From: an uncultured Pseudomonadota bacterium | GTDB taxonomy: Bacteria; Vulcanimicrobiota; Vulcanimicrobiia; Eremiobacterales; Eremiobacteraceae | Direction: 5' to 3' | Length of the DNA: 64,000 nucleotides | NCBI GenBank assembly: GCA_963736005.1 | Contig: CAVTNB010000001.1 | Span: 1,376,001-1,440,000 of the forward strand | Shown here: in pieces, positions 8,939 to 20,779 of the stretch | Numbering within the stretch: the first letter of the stretch is position 1 | How the letters are laid out: every line of letters begins with the position of its first letter | The notes under the pieces: model-generated | What the model saw: the letters and a program-made list of their open reading frames with translations, nothing else | Database searches by the model: none | Told to the model about the DNA's origin: nothing | Made by a program: the position numbers and the translations under genes

Positions 8939-11900
8939 TTAGAGTTTTGTCGACAAACTGAACACGTAAGTGCGTACCGGAATCGCTCCACCACCGGCCA
9001 AGGCGGCAGAGGCACCCACGTACGGGAAGTAGTCGTCGCCGTAGTAGGCATTCGCTGGGTTCGCCGACTTTGCAGCGAAAGCGCCCATTCCTAGCGGCGA
9101 CAATGCGTAGAACGGATTGTCTCCGTAGGAAATGATGCCTTGGCTGGTCGGTTGTTCCCATGCGTAACCTTGGTTGTGAACTCCCCAGAGAAGGTTTGTT
9201 CCCAAGATTGACGCCTTGAGGTTATGCCCTATGTCATGAGAAATCCCCAGGTTGAGCGCCCACCACGATGGACCTTTGAAGGCGCCAGGGGCATCGAATT
9301 GGGCTCGTGTACGGATCCGGCCCCAGCGCTCCTGCCAATGGGGCTGTGCAAGCAGTTACCGACCCGTGCGGGCAGAAGGCCGGCAGCGGAATGCATCCAG
9401 GCGCGTTTGCGGGGTTCACTCCTGGATTCGCACAGTGAGCGTCTGAGAAGAGCTGCGGATCGCCATACGGGTTGCCGGATTGATAGTTCAACGTTGGTAG
9501 AATATCAAATCCATGCTCCCGAACATCGAGTCCCAGGTTGAGCACGAATCGGACATCGTACGACGGCGAAGCTGGTACGGCCTGATCGTACGATGGCGAG
9601 TAGTACGCGTTTGGATCGAGCATCGCGAAATGTGTGCCATAGTAGGTATTGTAAGCTGAGATCTGGCTATTGATTGTGTCGATGTAAGACGCTCCGCTCG
9701 GACCCTTCCAGAACCGAATCTTGGAGTTAGTGAACGTCGCCGCCACCGTGCCCCCGATCCCGTTCTCGCTCGTCACGGCCTTGGTCAGCAGGAACTCTGC
9801 TCCGGAAACACGCGCGTTCCCGAAGTTGTATCCAGTAACAAAGCTCGGCGATGCTGGGTTCACGGGCAAGTTGAGTATCTGATTTTGCGTGTCTCTGAAA
9901 AACGGCGAGATCTTCATCGACATGCCGCCTGAGAAATCATGCTCAAGTGACAGATCGTAGTTCATGCTGTTTTCAGGCTGCACGTTGTGAACGGCCAAGA
10001 AACCAAGGCCATCGTAGAAGCGATTCAACAGTTGCACCGTGTCACCGGGGCCCCAAAACGGCGCTTCGCGGTACTCCACAAAGGCCGAGTCTGGGGGTTG
10101 GACGTAGCGACCGACCGATATTCGGAGAATATTTGTCGGATCGAACGTGTACGTAGTACCGAAGCGCGGGCTTATCGCCTCATACGAGATAGAGGTCGGC
10201 GGATTGCTCCACCCTGCTGCTCCCGGCGCATCTTTTGCGCTGAGCGGAATACCTCCCGGATCGACGCCGGTACCCGCGACGCTTCCAGGTGTACTGCCAT
10301 TGGTGAGGATCGAGAAGCAGTTGGTCCCCGCGGGATATCCAGGGATGCTCGGATCGCTTGGCGAGTATGCGAAGCCGTGTAGACACTGCCCGTTTTGCTC
10401 CTCAGCCTGGAACGCCAGACCGCCGGCGCCGGTGATCTGCATATCAGGCATGAGCACGAAACGGAACTCATCCCAGCGTGCTCCGAAGTCGAACAACAGC
10501 TTGTCGCTGGGTTTGAACTGGTCGTCGATGACGCCATCGTAGGTCACAGGCGTCGTGCTCGACCAGTAACCGAACGGCGAGCCTACGTAGGTGACCGGGC
10601 TGCCTGCCGTGCAGGCCACCCCGACACCTCCGCAATTGGCGTGCGTTCCCCAGAAGTTGAATGCGGGTTGGTAATTGTAGCGCAGTGTGAGGTCGCGCGT
10701 GTAGTCACTATCGATTTTTAGAAGGTTCTGGGCGTTGAGCTGATTCTGGTAATCGAGCGTAACGCCAGTCGCGTTGTCATGGAGTTGGTAGAACGTAAAG
10801 CCAACCCAGCCGTTGATTGGCTGATCGAGGCTCCAACCCGAGTACAAGTTGTACTCGTAAAGGCGCAAGAACGAAGTAGTCGTGAGCGCTCTCGTATAAG
10901 CCAGTTTTGTTATCGAGTACTGTGTGTTCTGGCTATCTTGGAATGTCGGTGGGATAGCACCGCCCAGGCTGCCCCCCGACGTCGGCCAGGTGAGTGGCGT
11001 AAGCAGCGCGGGGTTATATGGCTGCCCAGCGTTGCCTTTGTAGAACGAACCCGTCGGCCACGTGAGATTCGTGCCGTTGAAACCCGTGTTGCTTGTGAAG
11101 GTCGACACGGTTGGGTCCGAATTAAACGTACCTTCCGGGGCGTACGGAGCCGACATGGTTGAGCCAACAACGTACAGGGCTTGCAAGTCGTCGCTCAGAC
11201 CATTGTGCTGAAGCGTCCAGTGCAGATTTGTCACGGTGTCGCGTTGTGCCGTATACGGAATATCCGAATACGCGGCCAATGACTGCGGCTGCATCAGGGA
11301 GTTGGCTACCGAGCAGTTCAGGAAACCGCCACCTGGTGTTAAGCCTGGAATGGTGGAACCAAAGACATTGTGCGAATTCCAAGCGTTGCAGCCGGGATCG
11401 TTCGCGGGAACGTTGATTGCTGTTCCAGCGAGGTTGCTTCTGTCCCCAAAATTATAGTCGGCGTTGAGCGCCAACGTCGAGACGTAGTAGGTGAACCGAT
11501 TATCCGGCGTTCCGCCGTAGATATCGGCTTGGACTGAGTGGTTGAAGAGCGGAGAGCCAACGATGCCTGTGAAGTCCGCACCGCCCGGATATTTTCCGCG
11601 CGTGATGACTTCATTGACATAGCCGGACATTGCGCGACCCGCATCTGCAGGAGCGCCGCCGGTGTAGACTTCCAAGCTCGAAAGACCATTCGTCAAGCCC
11701 GATGTGGAATTGTAGAAGTCGAATCCGCGGTTAAGCGGAATGCCTTCCAGTTCGAATCCGATTTGGTCGAACGAACCGCCGCGCATGGACAGGGAACCCT
11801 GGCCTGCGTAGCCACCGCCCGATCCAACTTGCCGCACGACACCCGGCATCGAGCCGACGACGCCATTTTGGCTGTACATCGTCTCTGAACCGCCTTGCGA

Positions 11901-12347
11901 GCCTTGCAAGTTTGCTATGGCGCGCGAGTTGACGGCATACAGGTCGCCTGTCACGGTCTTACTCACGACGCTTGCCGTTGCGGTGGTCGTGACGTGACCG
12001 ATGGTCTTGATCGATTGCCGCATGTGGATATCGGCGGAGGTTGTTTGATCAGCTGTTACTGTGATGCCATAGGTGGTTGATGTATCGTAACCATCTTTGC
12101 TCCCAGTCACGCTGTAGGTGTCTGGAGAGAGGTTGAGGATCGAATAGAAACCATTCGATCCGGTCGTTGAACTTTGTGATTGGCTGGGTGACGTCGCCGT
12201 CACCTTAGTATCAGTTAATGGGCTGCCATTTTGATCCGTCACCTTGCCCTGAATGTTGCCAGTCGTGCCGGCCAGTGCCCATGTTCCCTGGACGAGCAAA
12301 ACCGCAACTGTCAGAAGCGCGGTGCGGAGTAGGCCCTTAGTGGTCAT
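8939..12347 (-). CDS. TonB-dependent receptor with N-terminal carboxypeptidase-regulatory-like domain (Oar-like); one frameshift at about 9301
   Basis: SD AAGGAGG; signal peptide ...TWALA|GTTG; G.I.G.VTD..G.P domain; plug RGG...LEGIP. Removing one G in GGG at 9301-9303 joins ORF 9234-12473 to ORF 8939-9205 (ending ...YVFSLSTKL). Confidence 0.85.
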
Positions 12348-12560
12348 CAAGGGTTTCCTCCTTAGGTGAGTGAGAACGCTTAACCGACGAACCAGCCCTG
12401 CGGTCGGCCAAGCCGATGCACGCGCCGTCGTCCCGATTAAGGTGACTTTAAGGTTCGAACGGTGATTTCGCACACCTGCTCGCAGCGCGCCTTGCGGGAC
12501 GAATACGGGCGATGAGCGGACCTAAAGTCCACTGCCACATTGCGTTAGCTGGTGTATTTC

Positions 12561-13445
12561 TCAGTGCCGGGCGGGTTCGCGCCGAATCGATCGCACGAGA
12601 TCGGGAATGTGTGCCGGACTCTCGGCGACCGGTACATTAACTTTTTCGAACGCTTGAACTTTTGCTTGTGCCGTGCCACTGGTGCCGCTCACGATTGCAC
12701 CCGCGTGACCCATGCGCTTGCCTTCCGGCGCAGAACGGCCGCCGATGAATGCCACCGCTGGCTTAGTGAATTCTCGGCGCGCGATCATCGCGGCTGCATC
12801 CTCTTCGTCAGTGCCACCGATCTCGCCGACGATGACGACAGCGTGAGTCTCAGGGTCTTCTTCGAACGCCTGCAAACAATCGGTAAAGACCGTGCCGATG
12901 ATTGGATCGCCGCCGATGCCCACGCACGTACTCTGGCCGATGTTTGCGCGCGTCAGCTGGTCAACGATCTCGTACGTGAGCGTGCCGCTGCGCGACACGA
13001 GCCCGACGTTACCCGCGGAAAACACATGGCCCGGCATGATGCCTACGAGCGACTGGCCGGGGGTGACAAGACCCGGACAATTCGGTCCGATGAGTCGAGC
13101 ATCTGGTGGTATGACGGCAACGGCTTTCAGCATATCGTGTACCGGAATGCCCTCGGTGATGCAAGCGATCAGCTTGATCCCCGCATCGGCTGCCTCCAAA
13201 ATTGCATCCGCGGCGAATGGTGGCGGAACGAAAATGATGCTGACCGTCGCGCCGGTTTGAGCAACAGCTTCGCTCACGGTGTCGAAGACTGCGAAGCCCT
13301 CCACGGTTTGGCCACCTTTGCCGGGCGTGACGCCGCCGGCGATGTTCGTGCCGTAGGCGCGCATGCGGTTGGCGTTGTGCAAACCCTCGCGGCCAGTAAT
13401 GCCTTGAACGAGGACGACACTGGTGCGATCGAGATAGATGGACAA
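12561..13445 (-). CDS. sucD: Succinyl-CoA ligase alpha subunit
   Basis: [34 protein letters not shown]. Confidence 0.97.
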   Translation of the reverse strand: MSIYLDRTSVVLVQGITGREGLHNANRMRAYGTNIAGGVTPGKGGQTVEGFAVFDTVSEAVAQTGATVSIIFVPPPFAADAILEAADAGIKLIACITEGIPVHDMLKAVAVIPPDARLIGPNCPGLVTPGQSLVGIMPGHVFSAGNVGLVSRSGTLTYEIVDQLTRANIGQSTCVGIGGDPIIGTVFTDCLQAFEEDPETHAVVIVGEIGGTDEEDAAAMIARREFTKPAVAFIGGRSAPEGKRMGHAGAIVSGTSGTAQAKVQAFEKVNVPVAESPAHIPDLVRSIRREPARH

Positions 13446-13464
13446 GGTCTTCTCCTATCGGCTA

Positions 13465-13553
13465 CGCGCGAATAAATTCGCGCGACTACATCTCGGGCGC
13501 GAATAAATTCGCGCGACTACATCTCGGGCGCGAATAAATTCGCGCGACTACAT
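13465..13553 (-). repeat. Three tandem GTAG-type REP units (31-bp period) between sucC and sucD
   Basis: Unit GCGCGAATAAATTCGCGCGACTACATCTCGG on the plus strand; the ATGTAG of the gene-proximal copy is the last codon plus stop of sucC. Confidence 0.92.
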
Positions 13554-14696
13554 TTTGGCGATGGCGACTGCACGCGCGGCGCCGTCGTTCATTGTTTCGA
13601 CTGCCGCGATGCCGGCGGCTTCCAACACGGCTCGCCCTTCCTTTTCGTTCGTGCCAGTGAGCCGCACGACCAGTCGATCCTTTTTCCACTTGCCACCGTC
13701 CAGGGCGGCAATCAAACCACGTGCCACTTCGTCGCCACGCGTAATGCCGCCGAAAATGTTGATGAACAAAGCCTTCACTCGCGGATCGGAGGTCACGATA
13801 TCCACCGCGTTGCGAACGACATCGGCCTTTGCCCCGCCACCGATGTCGCAGAAGTCGGTCGCTTCCCCACCCGCAGCTCGCACCGCGTCCATCGTGCCCA
13901 TGACGAGTCCGGCGCCATTGCCGATCACGCCAATACTTTCGTTGCCTTTGCCGCTCAGGTACGCGTAGTTGAGATTTGTCTGCCGAGCGCGCTGTTCGAG
14001 CGCGTGGTCTGGCAGGTCGGTTCGCCACGCATCGAGTTCGGGGTGGCGAATCAAACCGTTATCGTCAATGTCGACCTTTGCATCCGAGGCGACTAGCTTC
14101 CCGTCTTTGGTGATGGCGAGCGGATTGATTTCGAGCAACATCGCGCCGACGCCAAAAAACAGCGCGTACAGCTTGCCGAGAATGCTGACGAATTGGTTTG
14201 TGATTACGGCAGGGATGCGGGCTTCTCGAGCAACGCGCCGGCCGATGAACGGCCAATACCCACCCGCTGGATTGATGCAGTACTTCGCAATCGCAGCTGG
14301 ATTCGTCGCGGCGACCTCCTCGATGTCCATGCCTCCCATGGCTGACGCGATGATAATGGGGCGCTTGCTCGCGCGATCGACGGTGATGGACAGATATAGC
14401 TCGCGCTCGATGTCCATGCGCTGCTCGATGAGGATGCGTTTGGCAACCTCGCCCTTGATAGTCATGCCGAGGATGGCTTGAGCTGGTTCGCGGACGTCGT
14501 CCGCGCTCGTGCAAAACTTGATTCCGCCTGCTTTGCCTCGGCCGCCCACGAGTACTTGCGCCTTCACGACCGAGGGCGCCGGGTTCTCACGCATGATCTG
14601 CACGGCTTCCTCTACCGAAGACGCAACGCGACCGCGCGGCACGGGAATGCCCGCTTTGGCAAATAGTTCTTTCCCTTGGTATTCAAGTAGACGCAT
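13548..14696 (-). CDS. sucC: Succinyl-CoA ligase beta subunit
   Basis: MRLLEYQGK, KAQVLVGGRGKAGG, EINPL, NGAGL, NIFGGI. Confidence 0.97.
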   Translation of the reverse strand: MRLLEYQGKELFAKAGIPVPRGRVASSVEEAVQIMRENPAPSVVKAQVLVGGRGKAGGIKFCTSADDVREPAQAILGMTIKGEVAKRILIEQRMDIERELYLSITVDRASKRPIIIASAMGGMDIEEVAATNPAAIAKYCINPAGGYWPFIGRRVAREARIPAVITNQFVSILGKLYALFFGVGAMLLEINPLAITKDGKLVASDAKVDIDDNGLIRHPELDAWRTDLPDHALEQRARQTNLNYAYLSGKGNESIGVIGNGAGLVMGTMDAVRAAGGEATDFCDIGGGAKADVVRNAVDIVTSDPRVKALFINIFGGITRGDEVARGLIAALDGGKWKKDRLVVRLTGTNEKEGRAVLEAAGIAAVETMNDGAARAVAIAKM

Positions 14697-14720
14697 GTCG
14701 TTCTCCGGTTGTGCGTGTGG

Positions 14721-14771
14721 GGGACCTAAAGGTCCGCTGCTACCATGGGCGACTTTACAGTCGCCCGCTAC
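14721..14771 (-). repeat. Two adjacent GTAG REP-like hairpins of different families
   Basis: Minus strand GTAGCGGGCGACTGTAAAGTCGCCCA then GTAGCAGCGGACCTTTAGGTCCC; relatives at 23553-23580, 12516-12540 and 38608-38631. Confidence 0.75.
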
Positions 14772-14787
14772 GTGTTCGTTGTTAGGG

Positions 14788-16017
14788 TCATTCCTTTTCG
14801 GCGGGGTCGCGAGTTGTGCGGGCACCGTTGCCGCTTCTGCGCGGAGCGCGTGGCGGTCGATCGTGGCCGGTCCGCTCATCCAGCCGACCAAGCAGCTCTC
14901 GAGCAATGACGATGCGCTGCACCTCGGATGTCCCTTCGTAGATCTCCGTGATCTTGGCATCGCGATAGTAGCGCTCGGCCGGGAACTCGGTTGTGTACCC
15001 GTAGCCGCCTAGAATCTGGACACACTCGTTTGCATGTTTGCGCGCCGCAGTTGAGGCAAAAAGCTTTGCCTTGGACGACGCATCGATTGAAGGTTTGCCG
15101 CGATCGCGGAGCCACGCCGCGCGATACAGCAAAAGTCGCGCCGCGTCGAGGTCAACGGCCATGTCGGCAATCTTGAACGAGACCGCCTGAAACGCTCCAA
15201 TAGGTCGACCGAATTGAAAGCGCTCGAGTGCATAGCGCTGCGATGTCTCGAGGCAAGCGGCGAGGATTCCCACCGCCTGCGCGGCGATCCCAAGCCGCCC
15301 TGCGCCCAAGTTGGCAAGCGCGATCTTGTAGCCCGCTCCCTCTTCTGCCAGCAGCCGCGCTGACGCGACCCGAGCGTCCGCGAGCACCAGATCGACCGTG
15401 TTCGACGAATGAATGCCCAACTTGTCGGCAGTGCGACCAACACTCAGGCCCACCGTCTTCTTGTCCACAAGAAACGCGGAGAGTCCCTTGGGCCCGTCAG
15501 CTCCCGTCCTGCCAAACACGATCAGCGCGGTAGCGTATCCGCCGTTTGTGACCCATTGCTTGGTACCGTTGAGCACATATTCGTTGCCGCGCTTTTCCGC
15601 TCGCGTCCGCAAACTCGACGCGTCCGAACCAGACTCGGCTTCCGTCAAAGCGAACGCACCTAACCACTTTCCCGCGCACATCGAAGGCAGGTAGGTGCGC
15701 TTGAGGTCAGCCGATGCAAATTCCTCGATGATGCGCGATGCAAGTCCTTGCACCGACACCGTCACGCCGACCCCCGCATCTGCTCGGCTCAACTCTTCGA
15801 TCGCCAGCACCGTGCTGACCGTGTCGAGCGCCGCGCCTCCATACTCGTCGGAAGTAAACATTCCCATGATCCCGAGGTCGCCGAGTTTGCGAAAGACTTC
15901 CAGTGGAAACTCGCGATCGCGATCCCACTTTGCAGCGTGCGGCGCGATTTCTGCCCTGGCGAAAGCAGCGACCATCTCGCGGACGGCCTTTTGATCGTTG
16001 GTGAGTTCAAAATTCAT
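14788..16017 (-). CDS. Acyl-CoA dehydrogenase (short-chain/butyryl-CoA type)
   Basis: MNFELT start overlapping the hbd stop (ATGA); FALTE..SGSD, VQILGGYG, IYEGTSEVQR. Confidence 0.93.
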   Translation of the reverse strand: MNFELTNDQKAVREMVAAFARAEIAPHAAKWDRDREFPLEVFRKLGDLGIMGMFTSDEYGGAALDTVSTVLAIEELSRADAGVGVTVSVQGLASRIIEEFASADLKRTYLPSMCAGKWLGAFALTEAESGSDASSLRTRAEKRGNEYVLNGTKQWVTNGGYATALIVFGRTGADGPKGLSAFLVDKKTVGLSVGRTADKLGIHSSNTVDLVLADARVASARLLAEEGAGYKIALANLGAGRLGIAAQAVGILAACLETSQRYALERFQFGRPIGAFQAVSFKIADMAVDLDAARLLLYRAAWLRDRGKPSIDASSKAKLFASTAARKHANECVQILGGYGYTTEFPAERYYRDAKITEIYEGTSEVQRIVIARELLGRLDERTGHDRPPRAPRRSGNGARTTRDPAEKE

Positions 16018-16856
16018 GAGTAGGTAAAGAACCCGCGCCCGGTCTTCTTGCCAAGGTATCCCGCGGCAACCATCTTGCGAAGCAGCGGGCACGGGCGATA
16101 CTTCGAATCGCCCAACCCGTCGTGCAAGACTTCCATGATGGCCAAGCACGTATCCAAACCGATAAAATCAGCCAACTCGAGAGGCCCCATCGGATGGTTC
16201 ATACCAAGTTTCATCACCGTGTCGATGGCTTCCGCGCTTGCGACGCCTTCCATGTACGCGAAACATGCTTCGTTCAGCATCGGCATGAGAATCCGGTTGC
16301 TCACAAAGCCAGGGTAGTCGTTGACTTCGACCGGTGTTTTATCGAGTTCTTTGACAAAACGCTTAGTGGCTTCGAAAGTGTGATCGGCGGTGGCGAGTCC
16401 GCGAATGACTTCGACCAGCTTCATGATCGGTACCGGGTTCATAAAATGCATGCCGATGACCCGATCGGCCCGCCGGGTCGCGGCCCCGAGAAGTGTAATC
16501 GAGATCGATGAGGTGTTGCTTGCCAGAATGGCGGCAGCCGGGAGCGCGGCATCGAGGTCTGCGAACAAGCGTTGTTTGAGGCCTGTGTCCTCGCTTGCAG
16601 CTTCGATCGCTATGTCGACCTCGATCCCTTTGGAAATTAGGAGCTGCGCACCGATGTGCGCTTCGATCGTGCGAGCTTGTGGCTCGCTGAGGCGTTTTTT
16701 CTCGAGCTGCCTCTCAAGAGTGCGCCCTATGGACTCTCGTCCACGCTCGATCGCTGCGGCGTCAATGTCGTTGAGCAGCACCGTATGGCCAGCCGCCGCG
16801 CAAACGTAAGCGATGCCGCTGCCCATCTGCCCGGCACCAATGACCAAAACGCGCAT
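16014..16856 (-). CDS. hbd: 3-hydroxybutyryl-CoA dehydrogenase
   Basis: GAGQMGSG, SNTSS, GMHFMNP, PGFVSNR, HPMGPLELAD. Confidence 0.93.
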   Translation of the reverse strand: MRVLVIGAGQMGSGIAYVCAAAGHTVLLNDIDAAAIERGRESIGRTLERQLEKKRLSEPQARTIEAHIGAQLLISKGIEVDIAIEAASEDTGLKQRLFADLDAALPAAAILASNTSSISITLLGAATRRADRVIGMHFMNPVPIMKLVEVIRGLATADHTFEATKRFVKELDKTPVEVNDYPGFVSNRILMPMLNEACFAYMEGVASAEAIDTVMKLGMNHPMGPLELADFIGLDTCLAIMEVLHDGLGDSKYRPCPLLRKMVAAGYLGKKTGRGFFTYS

Positions 16857-16898
16857 AAGATATCTTTTGTTCACGCAGGCACCGTGGTGGTCCCGCAC

Positions 16899-16930
16899 AA
16901 AAAAAGGCCGCCCCATTTGGGAGCGGCCTC
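16899..16930 (-). terminator. Intrinsic terminator
   Basis: GGCCGCTCC-CAAAT-GGGGCGGCC followed by T7 on the minus strand. Confidence 0.88.
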
Positions 16931-17069
16931 GTCAGCGGATGCTCGTCGATATTGCTGATTGACGCCTTGCTCGCGGCCATATTGAAAGGTTGCGAGCCGG
17001 TCATCCCGGCGGCGGCGCTCGCCGGATCTCCGCAGAACCGGCCACCTATGCGTCGACGGCAAACCGCCT
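16899..17069 (-). ncRNA. Candidate ~170-nt structured non-coding RNA (family not recognised)
   Basis: Upstream promoter; 5' end 17053-17067 pairs with 16935-16949; internal hairpins; terminator; no credible ORF. Confidence 0.6.
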
Positions 17070-17073
17070 TAGA

Positions 17074-17103
17074 AGAATAGCATCCGGCCGCTTGACCCTT
17101 CAA
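17074..17103 (-). promoter_or_regulatory. Sigma70-type promoter TTGAAG-N18-TATTCT with extended -10 TG
   Basis: Minus strand TTGAAG (17103-17098) and TGCTATTCT (17082-17074). Confidence 0.55.
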
Positions 17104-17198
17104 GGCAACGAGTGTTCGGCCACCCTTATGGTCTCGTCCCTAGCCGTGGAATTTTTGGAATTGACGGCAAGAATGAAGCCTCGGTCTCAGGTCTTGTC

Positions 17199-17816
17199 CT
17201 ACCTGGCGGCCCGAGTTTTAACAGTTACCGCCACGACCATGAGCGCAAAATAGGCAAGGGTGATGATCTCAGCCCGGGCGATAACGCGGCCGTTCCATGC
17301 CCCTTGCCGCTCGTCTCGAGGCAGCGGAGCAGAAAGCGGCACGATCCGCGCGACCGCTTGGCGATAATTCTCAAACTCGCCGCCGAAGGTTTGAGCGAGA
17401 TACGATTCTTCCAGCGGGATGATGGTCGCGTACACGCTCACGATCAAGACAGCTACAACGGCAAACATAACGAGCGACGTTGCGATCGGCACGTTGCCCG
17501 AGAATGCAAGCCAAAAACCAAGAGCGATGATCGCATTGCCAACGTAGAGTGGGTTGCGCACGAACGCGTAGGGTCCGGCAGTCACGAGTTTCGGGGCCGT
17601 GACGACGTCCGAGCGGGTCGTGACTCCCGAATATCCGACCGCCCAGATTCGGATAAGCTCGCCGAGACCAGCAACGGCAATACCCACGACCGCGCTCCGA
17701 AGCGAAGGCGATCCGAACAGCACGAGAATCAGCGCCACGGGAACGAGTAGCAGGCCTCTATTTTTGAAAACCCAGGTTTGCCATTCGCTGGGTGGCAGCG
17801 CGTTAAGCCGCGGCAC
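17199..17816 (-). CDS. Isoprenylcysteine carboxyl methyltransferase (ICMT/Ste14)-family membrane methyltransferase
   Basis: LVTAGPYAFVRNPLYVGN and EESYL motifs; several TM helices. Confidence 0.88.
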   Translation of the reverse strand: MPRLNALPPSEWQTWVFKNRGLLLVPVALILVLFGSPSLRSAVVGIAVAGLGELIRIWAVGYSGVTTRSDVVTAPKLVTAGPYAFVRNPLYVGNAIIALGFWLAFSGNVPIATSLVMFAVVAVLIVSVYATIIPLEESYLAQTFGGEFENYRQAVARIVPLSAPLPRDERQGAWNGRVIARAEIITLAYFALMVVAVTVKTRAAR

Positions 17817-18761
17817 GAGAAAAATACTCGAGCATATCTTCCAATGTGCGTTCGATTGGCGTGACAGCCTTCCAGCCCACTTGTCGCTCTATCAATGAGG
17901 GGTTCCCGCGCAGCACGGGTGTTTCGATAGGCCTCACGAGTTCGGGCTTTCGGCGAATCTCAGCCTTGACGCACGCAATGCGCATCAACTCGCGGACGAT
18001 TTCATCCATGCTCCGGTCTTTGCCGCTGCACACGTTATAGACGCTGCCGGTTTCGCCGGCTTGCACCAGCATGAAATAGGCATCGACAACATCGCGGACA
18101 TCGGAAAAATCGCGGCGCGGCGTGAGATCTCCAACTTCCAGCACGGGTTCTTTGCGCTTGGCCTTGATTGCCGCAATCTGGCGCGCAAATGCGGCGACCG
18201 CAAAAGCCGAACTTTGACCCGGGCCTGTGTGATTGAAAGACCTCGTTGCCACGACGCGACACCAACCGGCGCGCGCATACTGCAGCGCAATCACCTCGGC
18301 CGCCGCCTTCGATGCGGCATACGGGTTGCGTGGGGAGATCGGAGCATCTTCGCGCAACGGCAGTTGGTCGACACTCACCGCGCCGTACGTGTCGGACGAT
18401 CCCACGACGAGCACGGTGGCTTTGGAAGCTTCGGCGCGCACCGCTTCGAGTAAGAACGTCGTCCCCATAACATTTGTTTCAATGGTCGAGAGTGGGTGGT
18501 CCTGACTGGCCGGCACAAAGGATTGCGCTGCCAGATGAAAGACGACCTCCGGTCCGCACGAGCGCACGAACGATCGCAACCCTTTGGCGTCGGCAATGTC
18601 ACACGTGCGCCATTCAATGCGCTGCGCGAGCGTTGCGTCGAGTGTCACGAGCGCGGGCTTCGAGGCGCGAATCAGGCCGGTGACCTGCGCGTTGTCGCGC
18701 AAGAGTCGACGGAGTAGCCACTGTCCGACAAAGCCGTCGGCGCCCGTGACAAACGCACGCA

Positions 18762-18762
<1 letters not shown>
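17803..18762 (-). CDS. GDP-4-keto-6-deoxy-D-mannose reductase (RMD-like) / extended SDR
   Basis: [33 protein letters not shown]; directly after gmd. Confidence 0.8.
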
Positions 18763-19740
<978 letters not shown>

Positions 19741-19798
19741 GCGCGTGCTTTGGTGCTCCGCCAAGCGGCGCCCTCTACGGACGCGATGATTGGGGCGA

Positions 19799-20779
19799 TT
19801 AGACGGTCTGGGGCGGCGCGGCCACTACGTAGCGCTCGTTCGCGAAAACGACAACCGCGATGCCAGCGAGAGCAATCGACCCACCGATGGCAGTGAGTGG
19901 AGCGACGAGCTGATGCAAGACAAGATAGGCAAGTGCCGCAGTGATGATCGGCTGCGAGAGAAAAGAGATTGCCACGACGGCCGCAGGCATGTGACCCAAA
20001 GACTTGGACACGAGGGTGTGTCCGATGACCGTGGCGCTCAGCGCAAGCCCGAGGCTGACGCCGAGATCGTGAGCGCTCATTTTTGCGGAGACCCCAAGCA
20101 CGATGAGAGCGACCCAAACGCATACGGCGCACGCGCTGTACACGATGGTGACGTAGCGCAGCGTATCGACGCGGCGACGAACGTGGCGGCCAAGCAAGAG
20201 ATAACCGGTTTCTGCAAGGGCCGCTGACAAGGCCAGCGCATCCCCGGTTAGTGCGCGGCCGGAAATCCGAAAGTCACCAATCGTGATGATCGACGCCCCG
20301 AACACGGCGATCGCCATGCCTGCTGCCATCGGCCAGGTCGGCCGTTCGCGAAAGAACAGCGCTGCAAAAACCGCGACGAACACCGGATCCATGCTGACGA
20401 GCAGAGCAGCACTCGAGACGCTGGTGAACTGCAGGCTCGCGGCCCACAACGTTATGTCGAGCGCGAACAGGGTGCCCGAAAGAGCGGCGGCAATAACGTC
20501 GGAACGTGCGATCGGCGTGAGCCGCTGCGAGTTGTTCGTGAAGCGCGCAGCATACGTCAGCGGAGCGATGATGACCACCGCGAAAAGCATGCGATAGGCG
20601 ACGATGGCTAGCACCGGCGCGGTGGCCAGTTTGTAAAGAACGCCGGCCATCGAGAGGCCGACGATACCCAGCGCGAGGACGGCGTAACGAAGGTATGCCT
20701 CGCGCAGCGATGCTCGCGAATGAATTCGCGAGACTACCTTGGCATCATCCGTCAAGACTCTCTTGGGGCGGTCGCTCAA
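19799..20779 (-). CDS. DMT/EamA-family transporter
   Basis: About 10 TM helices in two EamA-like halves ([16 protein letters not shown]). Confidence 0.88.
   Translation of the reverse strand: MSDRPKRVLTDDAKVVSRIHSRASLREAYLRYAVLALGIVGLSMAGVLYKLATAPVLAIVAYRMLFAVVIIAPLTYAARFTNNSQRLTPIARSDVIAAALSGTLFALDITLWAASLQFTSVSSAALLVSMDPVFVAVFAALFFRERPTWPMAAGMAIAVFGASIITIGDFRISGRALTGDALALSAALAETGYLLLGRHVRRRVDTLRYVTIVYSACAVCVWVALIVLGVSAKMSAHDLGVSLGLALSATVIGHTLVSKSLGHMPAAVVAISFLSQPIITAALAYLVLHQLVAPLTAIGGSIALAGIAVVVFANERYVVAAPPQTV
20713..20738 (-). repeat. REP variant inside the 5' end of the DMT gene
   Basis: GGTAGTCTCGCGAATTCATTCGCGAG on the minus strand, encoding VVSRIHSR. Confidence 0.8.

Noticed and set aside
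12348..12560. Cobalamin riboswitch upstream of the TonB receptor
   Set aside because: No GGGAA/GCCACTG/B12-box arrangement on the coding strand; only a REP and small hairpins.
12552..13475. Long antisense ORFs (e.g. opposite sucD, the CoA-transferase and murJ)
   Set aside because: Typical shadow ORFs of high-GC codon usage, with no recognisable motifs.
13465..13553. Possible CRISPR array (also 27353-27417 and 42316-42422)
   Set aside because: Linkers are identical and very short, the units match dispersed REPs, and there are no cas genes.
16935..17069. SAM-I riboswitch, SRP RNA or glycine riboswitch call for the candidate RNA
   Set aside because: Lacks AUC..GAG/GAU and GGUGC (SAM-I), the GGAA/AGCAG domain (SRP) and CUCUCAGG (glycine); left unassigned.
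16762..17103. 113-aa and 63-aa ORFs across the candidate RNA
   Set aside because: No SD, no recognisable protein features, and they run through a strong terminator.
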